Assembly: GCA_041601615.1 (NCBI GenBank)
Contig: JBFIHX010000001.1
Coordinates: 371,997-435,996, forward strand
Source of the DNA: Thermoplasmatota archaeon
GTDB taxonomy: Archaea; Thermoplasmatota; E2; JACPAO01; JAHFTW01
Length of the DNA: 64,000 nt
Reading direction: 5' to 3'
This document shows positions 29,302 to 39,599 of this stretch, piece after piece. Position numbers and translations under genes: made by a program. Under the pieces are notes generated by a model, which was not told where the DNA came from, ran no database searches, and was given only the letters and a program-made list of their open reading frames with translations. Within the stretch, counting starts at the first letter, position 1. The number at the start of each line of letters is the position of its first letter.

Positions 29302-30786
29302 CTAGTAGGTCCGTGCGAAGCGGATCCACTCGGTCGCCGGCTCCCCGGTGACGGCGCAGACTTGACCCGAGGCGTCCGAGTCCACATCGACTGGAACCCC
29401 GAGCGTCTTGATGTCGAGCGCCTTCTCGACCTCCTGGGCCGCCGCATCGTCCTTGATGGGCATCTCGAAGATGCATTCGAGTTTTTCTTCGGCGTCCACG
29501 GCTTTGGCTTCGTCGAGGGTCTGCACGCGCTTGATGCGTTCGTTGCAGAAGTTGGCCTGGCGCTCGTACATTGCCTCCTGGATGACGCCCAGAAGTTGCT
29601 CCACGTCTTCTTCGAGTCGAGCCAATTGCAGGGGTTGTTTGCCGTCGCGGCCGGGAATGTCGCGGCGGGCGGCGAACACCGATTCTTTTTCGACGTCCTT
29701 GGGGCCGATTTCGAGGCGCAGGGGCACGCCGCGCACTTCCCAGTGGAAGTATTTCTCGCCAGGGCTCTTTTCGCGGGTGTCGATCTTGACGCGGAGGCCG
29801 GCCGCGATGAGGCGGTCGGTGACGTCCTGTGCATAGCTGCGGATGCGCTCGGCATCGCCCTTGAAGAGGATGGGCACGACGACCACTTGCACCGGCGCAA
29901 CACTGGGGGGAAGTAGGAGGCCGTTGTCGTCGCCGTGGCAGCCCACGACGGCACCAACGAGGCGCTCGGACATGCCGTATGTGGTCTGGTGGCAGTGCTT
30001 GTGGGTCTTGTCCTCCGCCTCGTACGTCATGTCGTACGCCTCGGCGAAATTGGTGCCGTAGTAGTGCACCGTCGCGCATTGGAGCACCTTGCCACTGGGC
30101 ATGATGACGTCGGCGGCGTTGCTCTCTACGGCGCCGGGGAACTTGTCCCACTCTGGGCGCCGGGTGCGAATGGTCGGCAGTGCGAGGTTGTCGAACACCT
30201 CGCCGACAATTTCCAAGTCCAAGTCCACATGGGCGCGGGCGTCTTCTTCGGTGGCAAAGACGCTGTGGTCCTCGAAGAAGTGGATTTCGCGTACGCGCAT
30301 GAACGCCCGCGTCTGCTTGGTTTCATAGCGGAAGACATTGCAGATTTGGTAGGTTTGAAGCGGCAGGTCCGAGTGGCTGCGGATCCAGAGCGGAAACACC
30401 TCGTACATGGCGCACTCGCTCGTGGGGCGGACTACCCAGCGTTCGCCATCGGGGAGGGGGTTGTTGCCAGCTCGGTCGACCCAGAACACCTCGCCGCCGA
30501 ATCCCTTGATTTGGTCGGCTTCCTTCATGAACAGTTTTTCTGGAATCATGAGGGGGAACGAAACTTCGTCGTGGCCTGTGTGCTCCATTTGCGTGCGCGT
30601 GAACTGGTCGATGCGGCTCATGATGGACTGGCCATAGGGACGCCAAATGTTCATGCCCTTGATCGGGTAGCGCTTGTCCGTGAGTTCCGCTTCTTCCACG
30701 ATGTGGTTGTACCACTCCATGAAGTCTTGGCTCTTGAGAGGGCGGCGGGTGGGCTCCTCGACGGTCGCGGGCATTGCACCGGCCAC
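29302..30786 (-). CDS. proS: Proline--tRNA ligase, archaeal/eukaryotic type
   Basis: VRPTSE, FRYETKQTRAFMRVREI, HGDDNGLLLPPSVAP motifs; C-terminal FARTY. Confidence 0.96.
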   Translation of the reverse strand: MAGAMPATVEEPTRRPLKSQDFMEWYNHIVEEAELTDKRYPIKGMNIWRPYGQSIMSRIDQFTRTQMEHTGHDEVSFPLMIPEKLFMKEADQIKGFGGEVFWVDRAGNNPLPDGERWVVRPTSECAMYEVFPLWIRSHSDLPLQTYQICNVFRYETKQTRAFMRVREIHFFEDHSVFATEEDARAHVDLDLEIVGEVFDNLALPTIRTRRPEWDKFPGAVESNAADVIMPSGKVLQCATVHYYGTNFAEAYDMTYEAEDKTHKHCHQTTYGMSERLVGAVVGCHGDDNGLLLPPSVAPVQVVVVPILFKGDAERIRSYAQDVTDRLIAAGLRVKIDTREKSPGEKYFHWEVRGVPLRLEIGPKDVEKESVFAARRDIPGRDGKQPLQLARLEEDVEQLLGVIQEAMYERQANFCNERIKRVQTLDEAKAVDAEEKLECIFEMPIKDDAAAQEVEKALDIKTLGVPVDVDSDASGQVCAVTGEPATEWIRFARTY

Positions 30787-30839
30787 TCAGGGGGCTATGA
30801 AAAAACCGTCCGCCTCGGTTCTCGGCGCGTCATGGGGCT

Positions 30840-31778
30840 TTAGGACCGCCATGTAACAGGTTTGCCAAGTTCTGAAAGCCCGTCTGCGTCGAAAAGCGCC
30901 GGGTCGGTTCCTTGGTCCACAAAGGCGCTCTTGTGATCAATCAGGAATCCCTCCAGTGGCCGCGGCGGCATGCCCGTGAGCCGGCTGACGGCATCCGTCG
31001 CCTTCGCGTGCACTTGGGTCGAAAGCAACGCCGCAATTTCCGTCGCGGCCTCCAGTTCGTGGCCATGATCCATCAAGTGGGCGGTGAATTCCTCTGGATC
31101 CACGCGACGAACTTGCACCGGGTGCCCCACGTTGTAGCCCAACATCTCGGCAACCTCAGGTAGGCCCCAGGCGCGGGGCCCGGTGAGCACATGCTCCTGG
31201 CCTCGGTGCACAATCTGGGTGAGGACGCTGACCAGGGAATCTGCCACGTCCCGCACATCCACATACGGCACACCGGCGCCGTTGGTCGGGTCAAGGATGT
31301 CGGTGCCGGCGCGCACGTCGGCGGCGAACTCCAAGAGGTCCTGGTGGTAGAGGTGCGGAGACAAGATCGTGTGCCGAAGGCCGCTTTGACGCAGCGCTTC
31401 GTTTGCCCTGCCGTGGCGCCGGAGTACGGCGCTTTCTGCGTCCACGCTTGCGCGCACCATGCTCAGGCGCACCACATGGTTGATGCCCACCGCGGAAGCT
31501 GCCTCGAGGAGTACCGATTCGTATTCCTCGTCGACGCGGTGGCCGCGCCCCATGACCAGGAGCACCTTCACATCCCCGAGCATCCGCCGCAATCCCCGCT
31601 GTAGGTGCACGTCCGCGTCCCGTATCTCGACGCCCTGTACGAATGGCACCTCCGCCTCCGCTTCCCCCACTTCCGGGCGAGGATTGGGTGCAAGCAATGC
31701 CACGGGATGGTTGAAAAGAACCAACCTCTGGGCCACCAAGCGACCCAGGAACCCCCCGGGGCTGCTGAACAGAATCAT
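30840..31778 (-). CDS. NmrA-like NAD(P)-binding atypical SDR
   Basis: PGGFLG, VVRLS, VDVRDVA and LTGP motifs; start placed at ATG 31778. Confidence 0.8.
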   Translation of the reverse strand: MILFSSPGGFLGRLVAQRLVLFNHPVALLAPNPRPEVGEAEAEVPFVQGVEIRDADVHLQRGLRRMLGDVKVLLVMGRGHRVDEEYESVLLEAASAVGINHVVRLSMVRASVDAESAVLRRHGRANEALRQSGLRHTILSPHLYHQDLLEFAADVRAGTDILDPTNGAGVPYVDVRDVADSLVSVLTQIVHRGQEHVLTGPRAWGLPEVAEMLGYNVGHPVQVRRVDPEEFTAHLMDHGHELEAATEIAALLSTQVHAKATDAVSRLTGMPPRPLEGFLIDHKSAFVDQGTDPALFDADGLSELGKPVTWRS

Positions 31779-32179
31779 GCTTCCCGAACAAACCTTGGAT
31801 TCGTGGCTATTTAGTTGCAGGACGTTCCCTCTGCCCCTCCGCCCCAAGAGGGCAACGGGCTGTTTTTCCCTCTGCACGACTTGGGATTGTGCACGCTCAG
31901 CGACCTAGCCAAGCTCCAAGGGGTCGAGCGGTTGTTGGTGGTGCCGATTGCAGCCGATTCTCCGAAGGTCCCACGCGCACCAAGTGCAGGCACCCAGCCA
32001 AGAGGGGAACCTTGGAGCTGGCTGAAGGGATTGCCAATTGACCGCCAAACTAGAGATTATTCGTCACTTTATTACCCTCAATGGTACAACAAAATGACAC
32101 ATAACACTATAATTTCGATGTTAATGGGTTCATTGTGGACTATATGTACACGGGTAACAAAACAACGCATCGAAAATTC

Positions 32180-34093
32180 ATGAGAAGCATCTATGCTCTC
32201 TTGACCATCTCCCTGTTCCTGGGAGCGACCTCTGCCGGTGCCATCGGAGACAACGGCGGCGACGACGACCAGGACAAGGAAGATCCACGCGTCCATTGCG
32301 CAAGCTCGGCCCGCATCGAATCCTTGGCCAGCTCCCCCACCAACAACCCACGCGCCACCTGCAACGCCGCTCCGCCTTGCAGCTTCGTGCGCGGAGACAA
32401 TCAGCGCGCACAGACCGACCCCCAATGCCTCTCGGAGGCACCTTGCAGGGGCCGTTCCTCCGGCGTCGCCACCCGCGCGACCCTAGGCTTTGACAGCGAA
32501 GTCGCTTCGGCCAACTACGATTTCCGCACAGACAGCCGGCATATCGCCACGCCCAAGGCCATCGAATTCGCCACGCCAGCCCGGGGCATCGAGAGCAACC
32601 TGCTCAAGAGCCCCATCCAATTCTTCGAGCACCCCGACCCTTGCAAGACCAGCAGAGGCTCGGACGTGCCTCGATTATGGAACGAGAACGCCGACGAAGG
32701 CACCCCCATCTCGAAGGACGCCGCCGGTCGATTCCGCTGCACCCCACCCACGAGCCTCACCGATCTGGACTACGACAACCCGGCAATCATCCCGTCCTCG
32801 ACCGGCTACGGCGCCATCGTCGCATACGCCCACGAACGCGGCAGCAAGTACGAACTGCACGCCCAGCGACTCAGCCTTCAAGGCAACGTCAAGTGGCCCG
32901 TTGCCAACAACGACGCCAGCACGGACATCGCCGTCGCGCCCGGCCCCAGCACTTTCCAGTGCGAACCCGTCATGATTCCCGACGGATCCGGCGGCGCCAT
33001 TCTTGCCTGGGAAGACCTCCGCAATGGCGACCTCGACATCTACGCCCAGCGCATTGATCTCAACGGAAATGTGGTCGCGGGCGGCGCCTGGCAAGCATCC
33101 GGGCGCCCCGTCGCCTCTGTGGCGGGCATGCAAAGCAACCCCGCCATCGCATCCGACGACAACAGCGGCGCATTCATCGCCTGGCAAGACAGTCGCAGCG
33201 GCACCGACCACATCTACGTCCAGCACCTCGATGCCAGCGGAGCCGCCTCATGCGACCCCAATGGCGAACCGGTCTTGAGCACCGGCACCAGCCCCCGCCA
33301 GCGCGCCGTCTCCATCGCCGCCGACGGCAGCGGAGGCGCCTTCCTTGCTTGGGAAGAAAGCGGTGCAGACAAGGACATTTTTGGCATGCACATCGATGCA
33401 AACTGCCAACAAAGCTGGCTCTCCACGGGCCCCGGCCTTCCCATCTCAGAAGCCACAGGCAACGAATGGAGCCCCACCATCATCTCGGATGAAGCCGGCG
33501 GCGCCATCGTGACCTGGAGCAACGATTACTCCGGCGTCCACGCCGCACACATCGTCGGCATCGGCACACGCGACTGGTCCAAGACCCTGAACGGACCCGG
33601 CAACGTGCACGACCTTCGCGCCATCCCCGACGGCAATGGCGGCGCGGTGCTTGCTTGGACCCAAGTCCACGCCTACACCCAGCACATTGACAGCGACGGC
33701 ACCGCCCTGTTTGGCAACCCCGTGGTCATCGCCCAAGGCGATTACCCCACCCGAATCTTCCGAGACCTCGACCTTGCAACCGACGGCAATGGCGGCGCCC
33801 TCGTCACCATGTCCCAGTTCTCCAAGGTCGTCTCTTCCAGCTTCGATGTGGTCGCAAACCATGTCACAAGCACGGGAGCCCTCCCCTGGGGCGCAACCCC
33901 CATCGAAGTAGGCAACGCCGACAGCTACCAAGAGCTGCCCCATGTCTCCTATGTCACCGACCGAGGCACCGATGGCCCTGCCTGGATGGTGGTTTGGTTC
34001 GACGGCCGCGACGAAGCCGCAGACGTCTACGGCCAGTGCATCAGCCCAGACAGCACCCTAGGCAACTGCTGGCCCAACGCCCCCGACCTCTAA
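32180..34093 (+). CDS. Secreted repeat protein (WxDxR...DIYAQ repeats, probable beta-propeller)
   Basis: Signal peptide; repeated DGxGGAxxAW and DIYAQRI units; Cys-rich N-terminus; AT-rich upstream region. Confidence 0.75.
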   Translation: MRSIYALLTISLFLGATSAGAIGDNGGDDDQDKEDPRVHCASSARIESLASSPTNNPRATCNAAPPCSFVRGDNQRAQTDPQCLSEAPCRGRSSGVATRATLGFDSEVASANYDFRTDSRHIATPKAIEFATPARGIESNLLKSPIQFFEHPDPCKTSRGSDVPRLWNENADEGTPISKDAAGRFRCTPPTSLTDLDYDNPAIIPSSTGYGAIVAYAHERGSKYELHAQRLSLQGNVKWPVANNDASTDIAVAPGPSTFQCEPVMIPDGSGGAILAWEDLRNGDLDIYAQRIDLNGNVVAGGAWQASGRPVASVAGMQSNPAIASDDNSGAFIAWQDSRSGTDHIYVQHLDASGAASCDPNGEPVLSTGTSPRQRAVSIAADGSGGAFLAWEESGADKDIFGMHIDANCQQSWLSTGPGLPISEATGNEWSPTIISDEAGGAIVTWSNDYSGVHAAHIVGIGTRDWSKTLNGPGNVHDLRAIPDGNGGAVLAWTQVHAYTQHIDSDGTALFGNPVVIAQGDYPTRIFRDLDLATDGNGGALVTMSQFSKVVSSSFDVVANHVTSTGALPWGATPIEVGNADSYQELPHVSYVTDRGTDGPAWMVVWFDGRDEAADVYGQCISPDSTLGNCWPNAPDL

Positions 34094-34304
34094 CCACAAC
34101 ACTCCCACCTTTCCCCCCTCCCCCCCTCATCCAACTCCTTCTCCGCATCCCCCCTGTCCCCTACTGCCCCTCCGCCTCCACCGTCTCCTCCATCCTCTGC
34201 ATCTCCCGCCAACCCCATTCCCATTCACCCAACCCACGAGCCGCACGCCCGGCCATCTCACGCCGCTGCGAAACCTCCTTGCCCCAGCCCCCGCTCGCCG
34301 CCGC

Positions 34305-35087
34305 ATGTCCCTCTCCGTACGCAACGACAACGGCGTCGCCATCATCACCCTAGAAAACGGCGAACGGATGAACAGCTTCGACCCCGCATTCCTGCGCCAA
34401 CTGCGCACCACCTTCCGAGACCTGCTCGAAGACCCAGCCGTCACCGCCCTCGTACTCACCGGCAACGGCAAGGCATTCTCCGTCGGCGCCGACGTCAGCG
34501 GCTTCCACCAAGCCAACCAAGACGGCACCACCAGCGATTTCATCCTCGCCGCCACCGAACAACTCCACCCCATGCTGCGCGACCTCCACCAAAGCGCCAA
34601 ACCGTTCGTCGCCGCCGTCAACGGAGTCGCAGCCGGAGGAGGACTCGGCCTCGCACTCGCCGCCGACGCCCGCATCGGCAGCCCCACGGCCCGCTTTGCC
34701 GCCGGTTACTTCGGCATCGGCGCCAGCCCCGACGGCGGCAGCACATGGTTCCTGCCCCGCCTCATCGGATTTGCCCGCACGAAGCGATTTTTCTTGGACA
34801 ACCAAGTCATGGACGCCGACACCGCCCACAACCTCGGCCTCCTCGACGAAATCGTTGCCCCCGAGAACTTGCTGGAAACCGCCGTGGCGCTGGCGCGCCG
34901 CTGGAGCCAATGGGCACCCCACAGCATCGAAAGCACCAAACGCCTCCTCGAAAACAGCCTCCAAAGCGACCTAGCCACCCAACTCGACCTCGAACGAGGC
35001 CTCATCGGCGCCGCCGGAGGCACCGCAGATTTCCGCGAAGGAGTCGCCGCATTCGTCGAAAAACGCAAGCCCAAATTCGGCCCTTGA
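34305..35087 (+). CDS. Enoyl-CoA hydratase/isomerase family protein (PaaG-like)
   Basis: FSVGAD, AVNGVAAGGG, PDGGSTWFLPRLIG and DFREGVAAFVEKRKP motifs. Confidence 0.92.
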   Translation: MSLSVRNDNGVAIITLENGERMNSFDPAFLRQLRTTFRDLLEDPAVTALVLTGNGKAFSVGADVSGFHQANQDGTTSDFILAATEQLHPMLRDLHQSAKPFVAAVNGVAAGGGLGLALAADARIGSPTARFAAGYFGIGASPDGGSTWFLPRLIGFARTKRFFLDNQVMDADTAHNLGLLDEIVAPENLLETAVALARRWSQWAPHSIESTKRLLENSLQSDLATQLDLERGLIGAAGGTADFREGVAAFVEKRKPKFGP

Positions 35088-35167
35088 TGCCCAAAATAGG
35101 TCAATCAGGCCCAATTTTCGCGGCCCCACGTGCGTGCTCATAAGTAGGATGGAGGGTCGGAACCCCC

Positions 35168-36643
35168 ATGGACGCCCGAACCACCCTCAGACGCCGCGTC
35201 GGCGACACTCCGATTCTCAAGGCCCCCCACCTGGCCGCAGCCACGGGCCTCCACAACCTACGCCTCAAAATGGAAGGCGCCAACCCCACCGGCACCCAAA
35301 AAGACCGCATCGCACGCCTTGAACTAGGAGACGCCGCCGCCCACGGCGCCAAAGGCGTCAGCGTCGGATCATGCGGCAACTTCGGCGTCGCCATGGCCCA
35401 CGCCGCCTACGTCCACGACCTCGAATGCCACGTCTTCGTGCCCGAAGACTTCCGCGGCGAACGCATCGCACTCATGAAAGACCTCGGCGCCACTGTCCAC
35501 CGCGTCCCCGGCGCCTACGAAGACGCCGTGCGCGAAAGCCGCCGCTACTCCGAAGAAAACGAACTCTTCGACGCCAACCCCGGCGGCCCCAACACCCTCC
35601 GAACCCTCGCCGGCTACAGCCGCATCGCCGAAGAAATCGTCACCCGACTCAAAGCCACCCCCCGCGCCATCGGCGCCCCCGTCGGCAACGGCAGCACCCT
35701 CGCCGGCGTCCACCTCGGATTCCGCACCGCCTGGGCCCAAGGCCGCGCCAAAGACATGCCCATCTTCTTTGCCGGCAGCAGCCAAGGCCAAAACCCCGTC
35801 CTCACCAGCTTCTCACGCCAACAAGAACGCTGCAGCCCCCTCGACCCCCGCGCCATCACCGAAACCGAAGTCAACGAACCCCTCGTCAACTGGGACGCCC
35901 TCGACGGAACCGCCTGCCTCACCGCCATCCAAGACAGCCGCGGCCAAGCCTACGGATTCACCGACGAAGAACTGCTAACCCTCCACACCGCACTCCTCGA
36001 AGACGGCATCGACGCCCACCCCGCAAGCCTTGCCGCCGTGGCCGCACTCCAGCAAGCGCTGCGCGACGGCCACATCCAAGCCGACGATTTGGTGGTCGCC
36101 GTCCTCACAAGTGGCCGCCCCCAAACCCACGTCGAACAAATCACCCAACCCGAGGACCTCGACGCCTTCATCAAGGGCCTTCAGACCAACCTCGGGCGCT
36201 TTGGCGACCCCAGCAACGAAATGCGCCAAGCCATCCAAGCCGCCTTCACCGACGGCTTCGTCCTCCAAGCCCTCGACCACGAAGGCGTCCTCGGCCACAC
36301 CATCCTCACCCCGATGGAACTGTCCGAATTCTTCCCCCGCTACCACCTCAGCTACATCGCCGTGGACCCACGCGCACGCGGCCGAGGCGTCGGAAGCATC
36401 CTCCTCGAAGAAGCGATCCGTGTCACCGACGGAGACGTCAGCCTCCACGTCGACACCGACAACGAAAGCGCCATTCGACTCTACGAGAAATTCGGCTTCC
36501 AGAAAAAATACTACCGCATGCTCTACAAGGGCGCCCGCGCCGCCCAAGTGGACCCCTCCGCCGGCAGCGGCTGGCACGAATCCAACGCCGATCCCACTGA
36601 ATCCACGCTCACGAAGGATCCGCCGCGTACAATTCCGGTCTAA
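35168..36643 (+). CDS. PLP-dependent threonine-synthase-like enzyme fused to a C-terminal GNAT domain
   Basis: KMEGANPTGTQKDR, SCGNFG, PVGNGST; C-terminal IAVDPRARGRGVG...NESAIRLYEKFGF. Confidence 0.85.
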   Translation: MDARTTLRRRVGDTPILKAPHLAAATGLHNLRLKMEGANPTGTQKDRIARLELGDAAAHGAKGVSVGSCGNFGVAMAHAAYVHDLECHVFVPEDFRGERIALMKDLGATVHRVPGAYEDAVRESRRYSEENELFDANPGGPNTLRTLAGYSRIAEEIVTRLKATPRAIGAPVGNGSTLAGVHLGFRTAWAQGRAKDMPIFFAGSSQGQNPVLTSFSRQQERCSPLDPRAITETEVNEPLVNWDALDGTACLTAIQDSRGQAYGFTDEELLTLHTALLEDGIDAHPASLAAVAALQQALRDGHIQADDLVVAVLTSGRPQTHVEQITQPEDLDAFIKGLQTNLGRFGDPSNEMRQAIQAAFTDGFVLQALDHEGVLGHTILTPMELSEFFPRYHLSYIAVDPRARGRGVGSILLEEAIRVTDGDVSLHVDTDNESAIRLYEKFGFQKKYYRMLYKGARAAQVDPSAGSGWHESNADPTESTLTKDPPRTIPV

Positions 36644-37598
36644 CCCGAGGAACGAACGCCATCAACACCGCGGCCCCCGTAAGCGCCGTGCGATCCATCA
36701 AGCCATCCAGTAGGTACCCAATCGCCCCAGTCGTGCCGCCAATGCGCGGATCGCCCGCCACGGGGCCCAAAATGTCGCTGATCATCTCTCCGGCCTCCGC
36801 GCGCCGCCGCACCCAATCCGGGTAATGGAACCCAGGGCCCCAACCCACGGTTTCGCCCCCGTTTCGATCCACCACCACGCACGCCTGCACATCCACCGCC
36901 GCGTCGTCGCCCGGAAACTGCACGAGCCCCGCTTCCACACCCACCGCGTAATCAGCATCCGGCACCGCAGTCAACGCCGCCCGCGCCCGATTTTTCGCCC
37001 CCGCCAACGTGGCCGCGCCCTGCGGCTGCTCGGAAACACCCGACGGCACCGACACGCCACGAATCTGCACAGCACCCTCGAGCACACGCACCACTTCCGC
37101 TTCCACCGCCGCAACCTTCACCGGATTCTCACTCCCAACCACCACCAAAACAGGCCGAAGCCGAGCTCCCATGCGGTCGATGCGGCCCTCCGCGACCGCC
37201 GTGGCACTGACAGGAAGCCGATCCTCACCCAGCACATGCGGCACCAAACGCACCGCCAGCCGAGCCAAACCCGCCGCCGCTCGCGATGCATTGATGCGCT
37301 CGGCACTCTGGGCCGTCTCAGGGCTCGCCACAATCACATCGAAAGGCTCCGTCGCCGCCGGACCCGCCGCATCACGAAGCGCCTCGACGCGCACCTCGCC
37401 TTGAAAATCGAGAGAACCCAGAAAAGCACGCACCGCCTTTGCGCGCTCGCTCCAATCAGGCACCACGCGATTGCGCGCGGCAAGCGGTCCATCCGTGACA
37501 CCCACAAACACCTCGCCCGCCCCCTCCACCGCAGCCCGCAACAACGCCTCATGGCCCACATGGAACGGATGGAACGTGCCACCCAGACACACACGCAT
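36609..37598 (-). CDS. coaD: Archaeal phosphopantetheine adenylyltransferase fused to inosine/xanthosine triphosphatase (YjjX)
   Basis: GGTFHPFHVGHEALL and VASPET, then VGSENPVK, GAKNRA, VGVEAG, GAIGYL. Confidence 0.88.
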   Translation of the reverse strand: MRVCLGGTFHPFHVGHEALLRAAVEGAGEVFVGVTDGPLAARNRVVPDWSERAKAVRAFLGSLDFQGEVRVEALRDAAGPAATEPFDVIVASPETAQSAERINASRAAAGLARLAVRLVPHVLGEDRLPVSATAVAEGRIDRMGARLRPVLVVVGSENPVKVAAVEAEVVRVLEGAVQIRGVSVPSGVSEQPQGAATLAGAKNRARAALTAVPDADYAVGVEAGLVQFPGDDAAVDVQACVVVDRNGGETVGWGPGFHYPDWVRRRAEAGEMISDILGPVAGDPRIGGTTGAIGYLLDGLMDRTALTGAAVLMAFVPRVRPELYAADPS

Positions 37599-37674
37599 AC
37601 ACCGCCCAGCGGCCAAGTCTGGAAAGCCGAACCGGTGCGCAACGTTTCAAGCACCCCCGACAGTCAAGGGCCCG

Positions 37675-38478
37675 ATGAAGTACCGCCTCGCCGTCATCGG
37701 ATGCGGCAACATGGGCCAAGCAATCGTACGCGGCCTCCTGCGTGAACACTGGGCCGAACCCAGTGAAATCATCGCCACCAACCCCAGCACCGAAAAGACC
37801 CACGCGCTTGCCACCGAACTCGGCATCAGCGTCAGCACCGACAACGCGCTCGCCGCACGCGACGCCGAAGTGGTCCTACTGGGCGTCAAACCACAAATCA
37901 TCAAAGGTGCACTCAAAGACCTGCGCGGCGTCGTCAAACCAGGCCAACTCGTCATCAGCATCGCAGCCGGCATCAGCACTCGCTTCATCGAATACTACAC
38001 CGAAAACGCCCCCGTAGTACGCGCCATGCCCAACCTCGCCGTCACCGTCGGCATGGGCGCCACCGCCATTTGCCCCGGCACCCTCTGCACACCCGAGCAC
38101 CTCGCCACCGCGGACGGCATCTTCACCAGCGTCGGAACCGTAGAACACGTCCACGAAAGCCTCATGGACGCCGTTACAGGCCTCAGCGGCACCGGCCCCA
38201 TGTACATCTTCCACGTCATCGAAGCACTCAGCGACGCAGGCGTCAAAATGGGCCTGCCACGAGAAACCGCCACGCGACTAGCAACCCAAACCGTCCGAGG
38301 CAGCGCCCGGCTCGTCCAAGAGTCCGGAGAACACCCCGCCGCCCTACGCGACTCCGTCACAAGCCCCGGAGGAACCGCCATCACCGCCCTGCATGTCCTT
38401 CGCAAGCAAGCCTTCGCAGCGATCTTGATGGACGCGGTGGAAGCAGCAACAAGGCGAAGCGCGGAACTCGGAGAATAG
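37675..38478 (+). CDS. proC: Pyrroline-5-carboxylate reductase
   Basis: IGCGNMG, VKPQ, RAMPN and VTSPGGTAI motifs. Confidence 0.95.
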   Translation: MKYRLAVIGCGNMGQAIVRGLLREHWAEPSEIIATNPSTEKTHALATELGISVSTDNALAARDAEVVLLGVKPQIIKGALKDLRGVVKPGQLVISIAAGISTRFIEYYTENAPVVRAMPNLAVTVGMGATAICPGTLCTPEHLATADGIFTSVGTVEHVHESLMDAVTGLSGTGPMYIFHVIEALSDAGVKMGLPRETATRLATQTVRGSARLVQESGEHPAALRDSVTSPGGTAITALHVLRKQAFAAILMDAVEAATRRSAELGE

Positions 38479-38693
38479 ACCGTTGCAAGGCCAAGCAGAA
38501 AAAGAAGGAGAACACGGGCCAGGACTTCGTTCAAGGCGCTTGGGACCGCGGTGCGACAAGGCCCCAAATCGCCCGACGCGTCACGAATGTCAAATCGGGT
38601 GAATTCTGCAGCCCGGAACATTCACAAACGACGGGTGGGTCGCACGCCTGTCCGCCCTGGCTTTTCTTCGAGAACCGAGGGTTTGATCGTCTC

Positions 38694-38765
38694 GCCGACG
38701 TGGCTTAGCGGTATAGCAGCTGTCTTGTAAACAGCAGGTCGAGGGTTCAAATCCCTCCGTCGGCT
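38694..38765 (+). tRNA. tRNA-Thr(TGT)
   Basis: Cloverleaf: acceptor GCCGACG/CGTCGGC, anticodon arm GCTGT-CT-TGT-AA-ACAGC, T arm GAGGG-TTCAAAT-CCCTC; CCA not encoded. Confidence 0.95.
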
Positions 38766-38804
38766 CTTCTTCTTCCCCCTCGGGGCCTCGATTGCAAACT
38801 GAAA

Positions 38805-39113
38805 TCAGATCTGCATCGAGATTGTCTTGGACCAGTCTACGCCCGTCTCCTGCGAGCCGCCGCTGTAGGTCTGGACGCTGCCGCCGGAGGTTACTTTGAC
38901 CTCGTATCGGCCGGGGCCGCCCCAGTTGACACCAATCATGGTCAGGTCGTAGGTTCCGGGAGCCAGGACCGCATCCGGGTAGACCGTGATGTCCACGGGC
39001 TTGTTGTAGCCGGACTTGTAGTGCAAGAGGGTCGAGCTACCGGCCGGGGTGGACGCGATGAGCATGATTTCGTTGTCAGCGGCAGTAACTTGGATTTGGG
39101 TGGTTTTCGACAT
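38805..39113 (-). CDS. Hypothetical 102-aa beta-rich protein between two tRNA-Thr genes
   Basis: Clean ORF with AAGGAG SD and AT-rich upstream DNA. Confidence 0.75.
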   Translation of the reverse strand: MSKTTQIQVTAADNEIMLIASTPAGSSTLLHYKSGYNKPVDITVYPDAVLAPGTYDLTMIGVNWGGPGRYEVKVTSGGSVQTYSGGSQETGVDWSKTISMQI

Positions 39114-39377
39114 ATCAGTGTACTCCTTGGTTTACTTTCTATTGGGACATCGTTGTTTCCCAACAGTGAACTTTGGCGAGATAGATACAATATATAATTA
39201 TGGCGTGTTGATTTCATCAACTTTGAAACATCAACCCCCAACGATGTAGCTTCCCTGGCCGCCCCTGCCACCTTCTTGAGCCTGAAACCCTCAACACAAC
39301 CCGCATCCTTCGTAGCGCTCATATAGGGGGTCTGGGTCGGCGGACTTGCGCAGCGCCTCGGTACTGCATCACCCGCC

Positions 39378-39449
39378 GCCGCTGTGGCTTAGAGGTATAG
39401 CGGCTCCTTGGTAAGGAGCAGGTCGCGTGTTCAATTCACGCCAGCGGCT
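39378..39449 (+). tRNA. tRNA-Thr(GGT)
   Basis: Cloverleaf: acceptor GCCGCTG/CAGCGGC, anticodon arm GCTCC-TT-GGT-AA-GGAGC, T arm GCGTG-TTCAATT-CACGC; followed by a T-rich tract. Confidence 0.95.
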
Positions 39450-39599
39450 TTTCTTTTCCCTTTTTTGACGACCCGGACCACGTTGGTTTCGGGGGCGATT
39501 GATGGCCGATTTTTTTGGGTCCGGGCATCTCCGCCCAACCGTTGGGTAAGGCGATTGACTAAACGCTTATGTCGACGCCGCAAATGGTTCCCAACAACC

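Noticed and set aside
36609-37598. CoaD-YjjX fusion as a novelty
   Set aside because: As far as I recall this fusion is already known in Thermoplasmata, so it is listed as a feature only.
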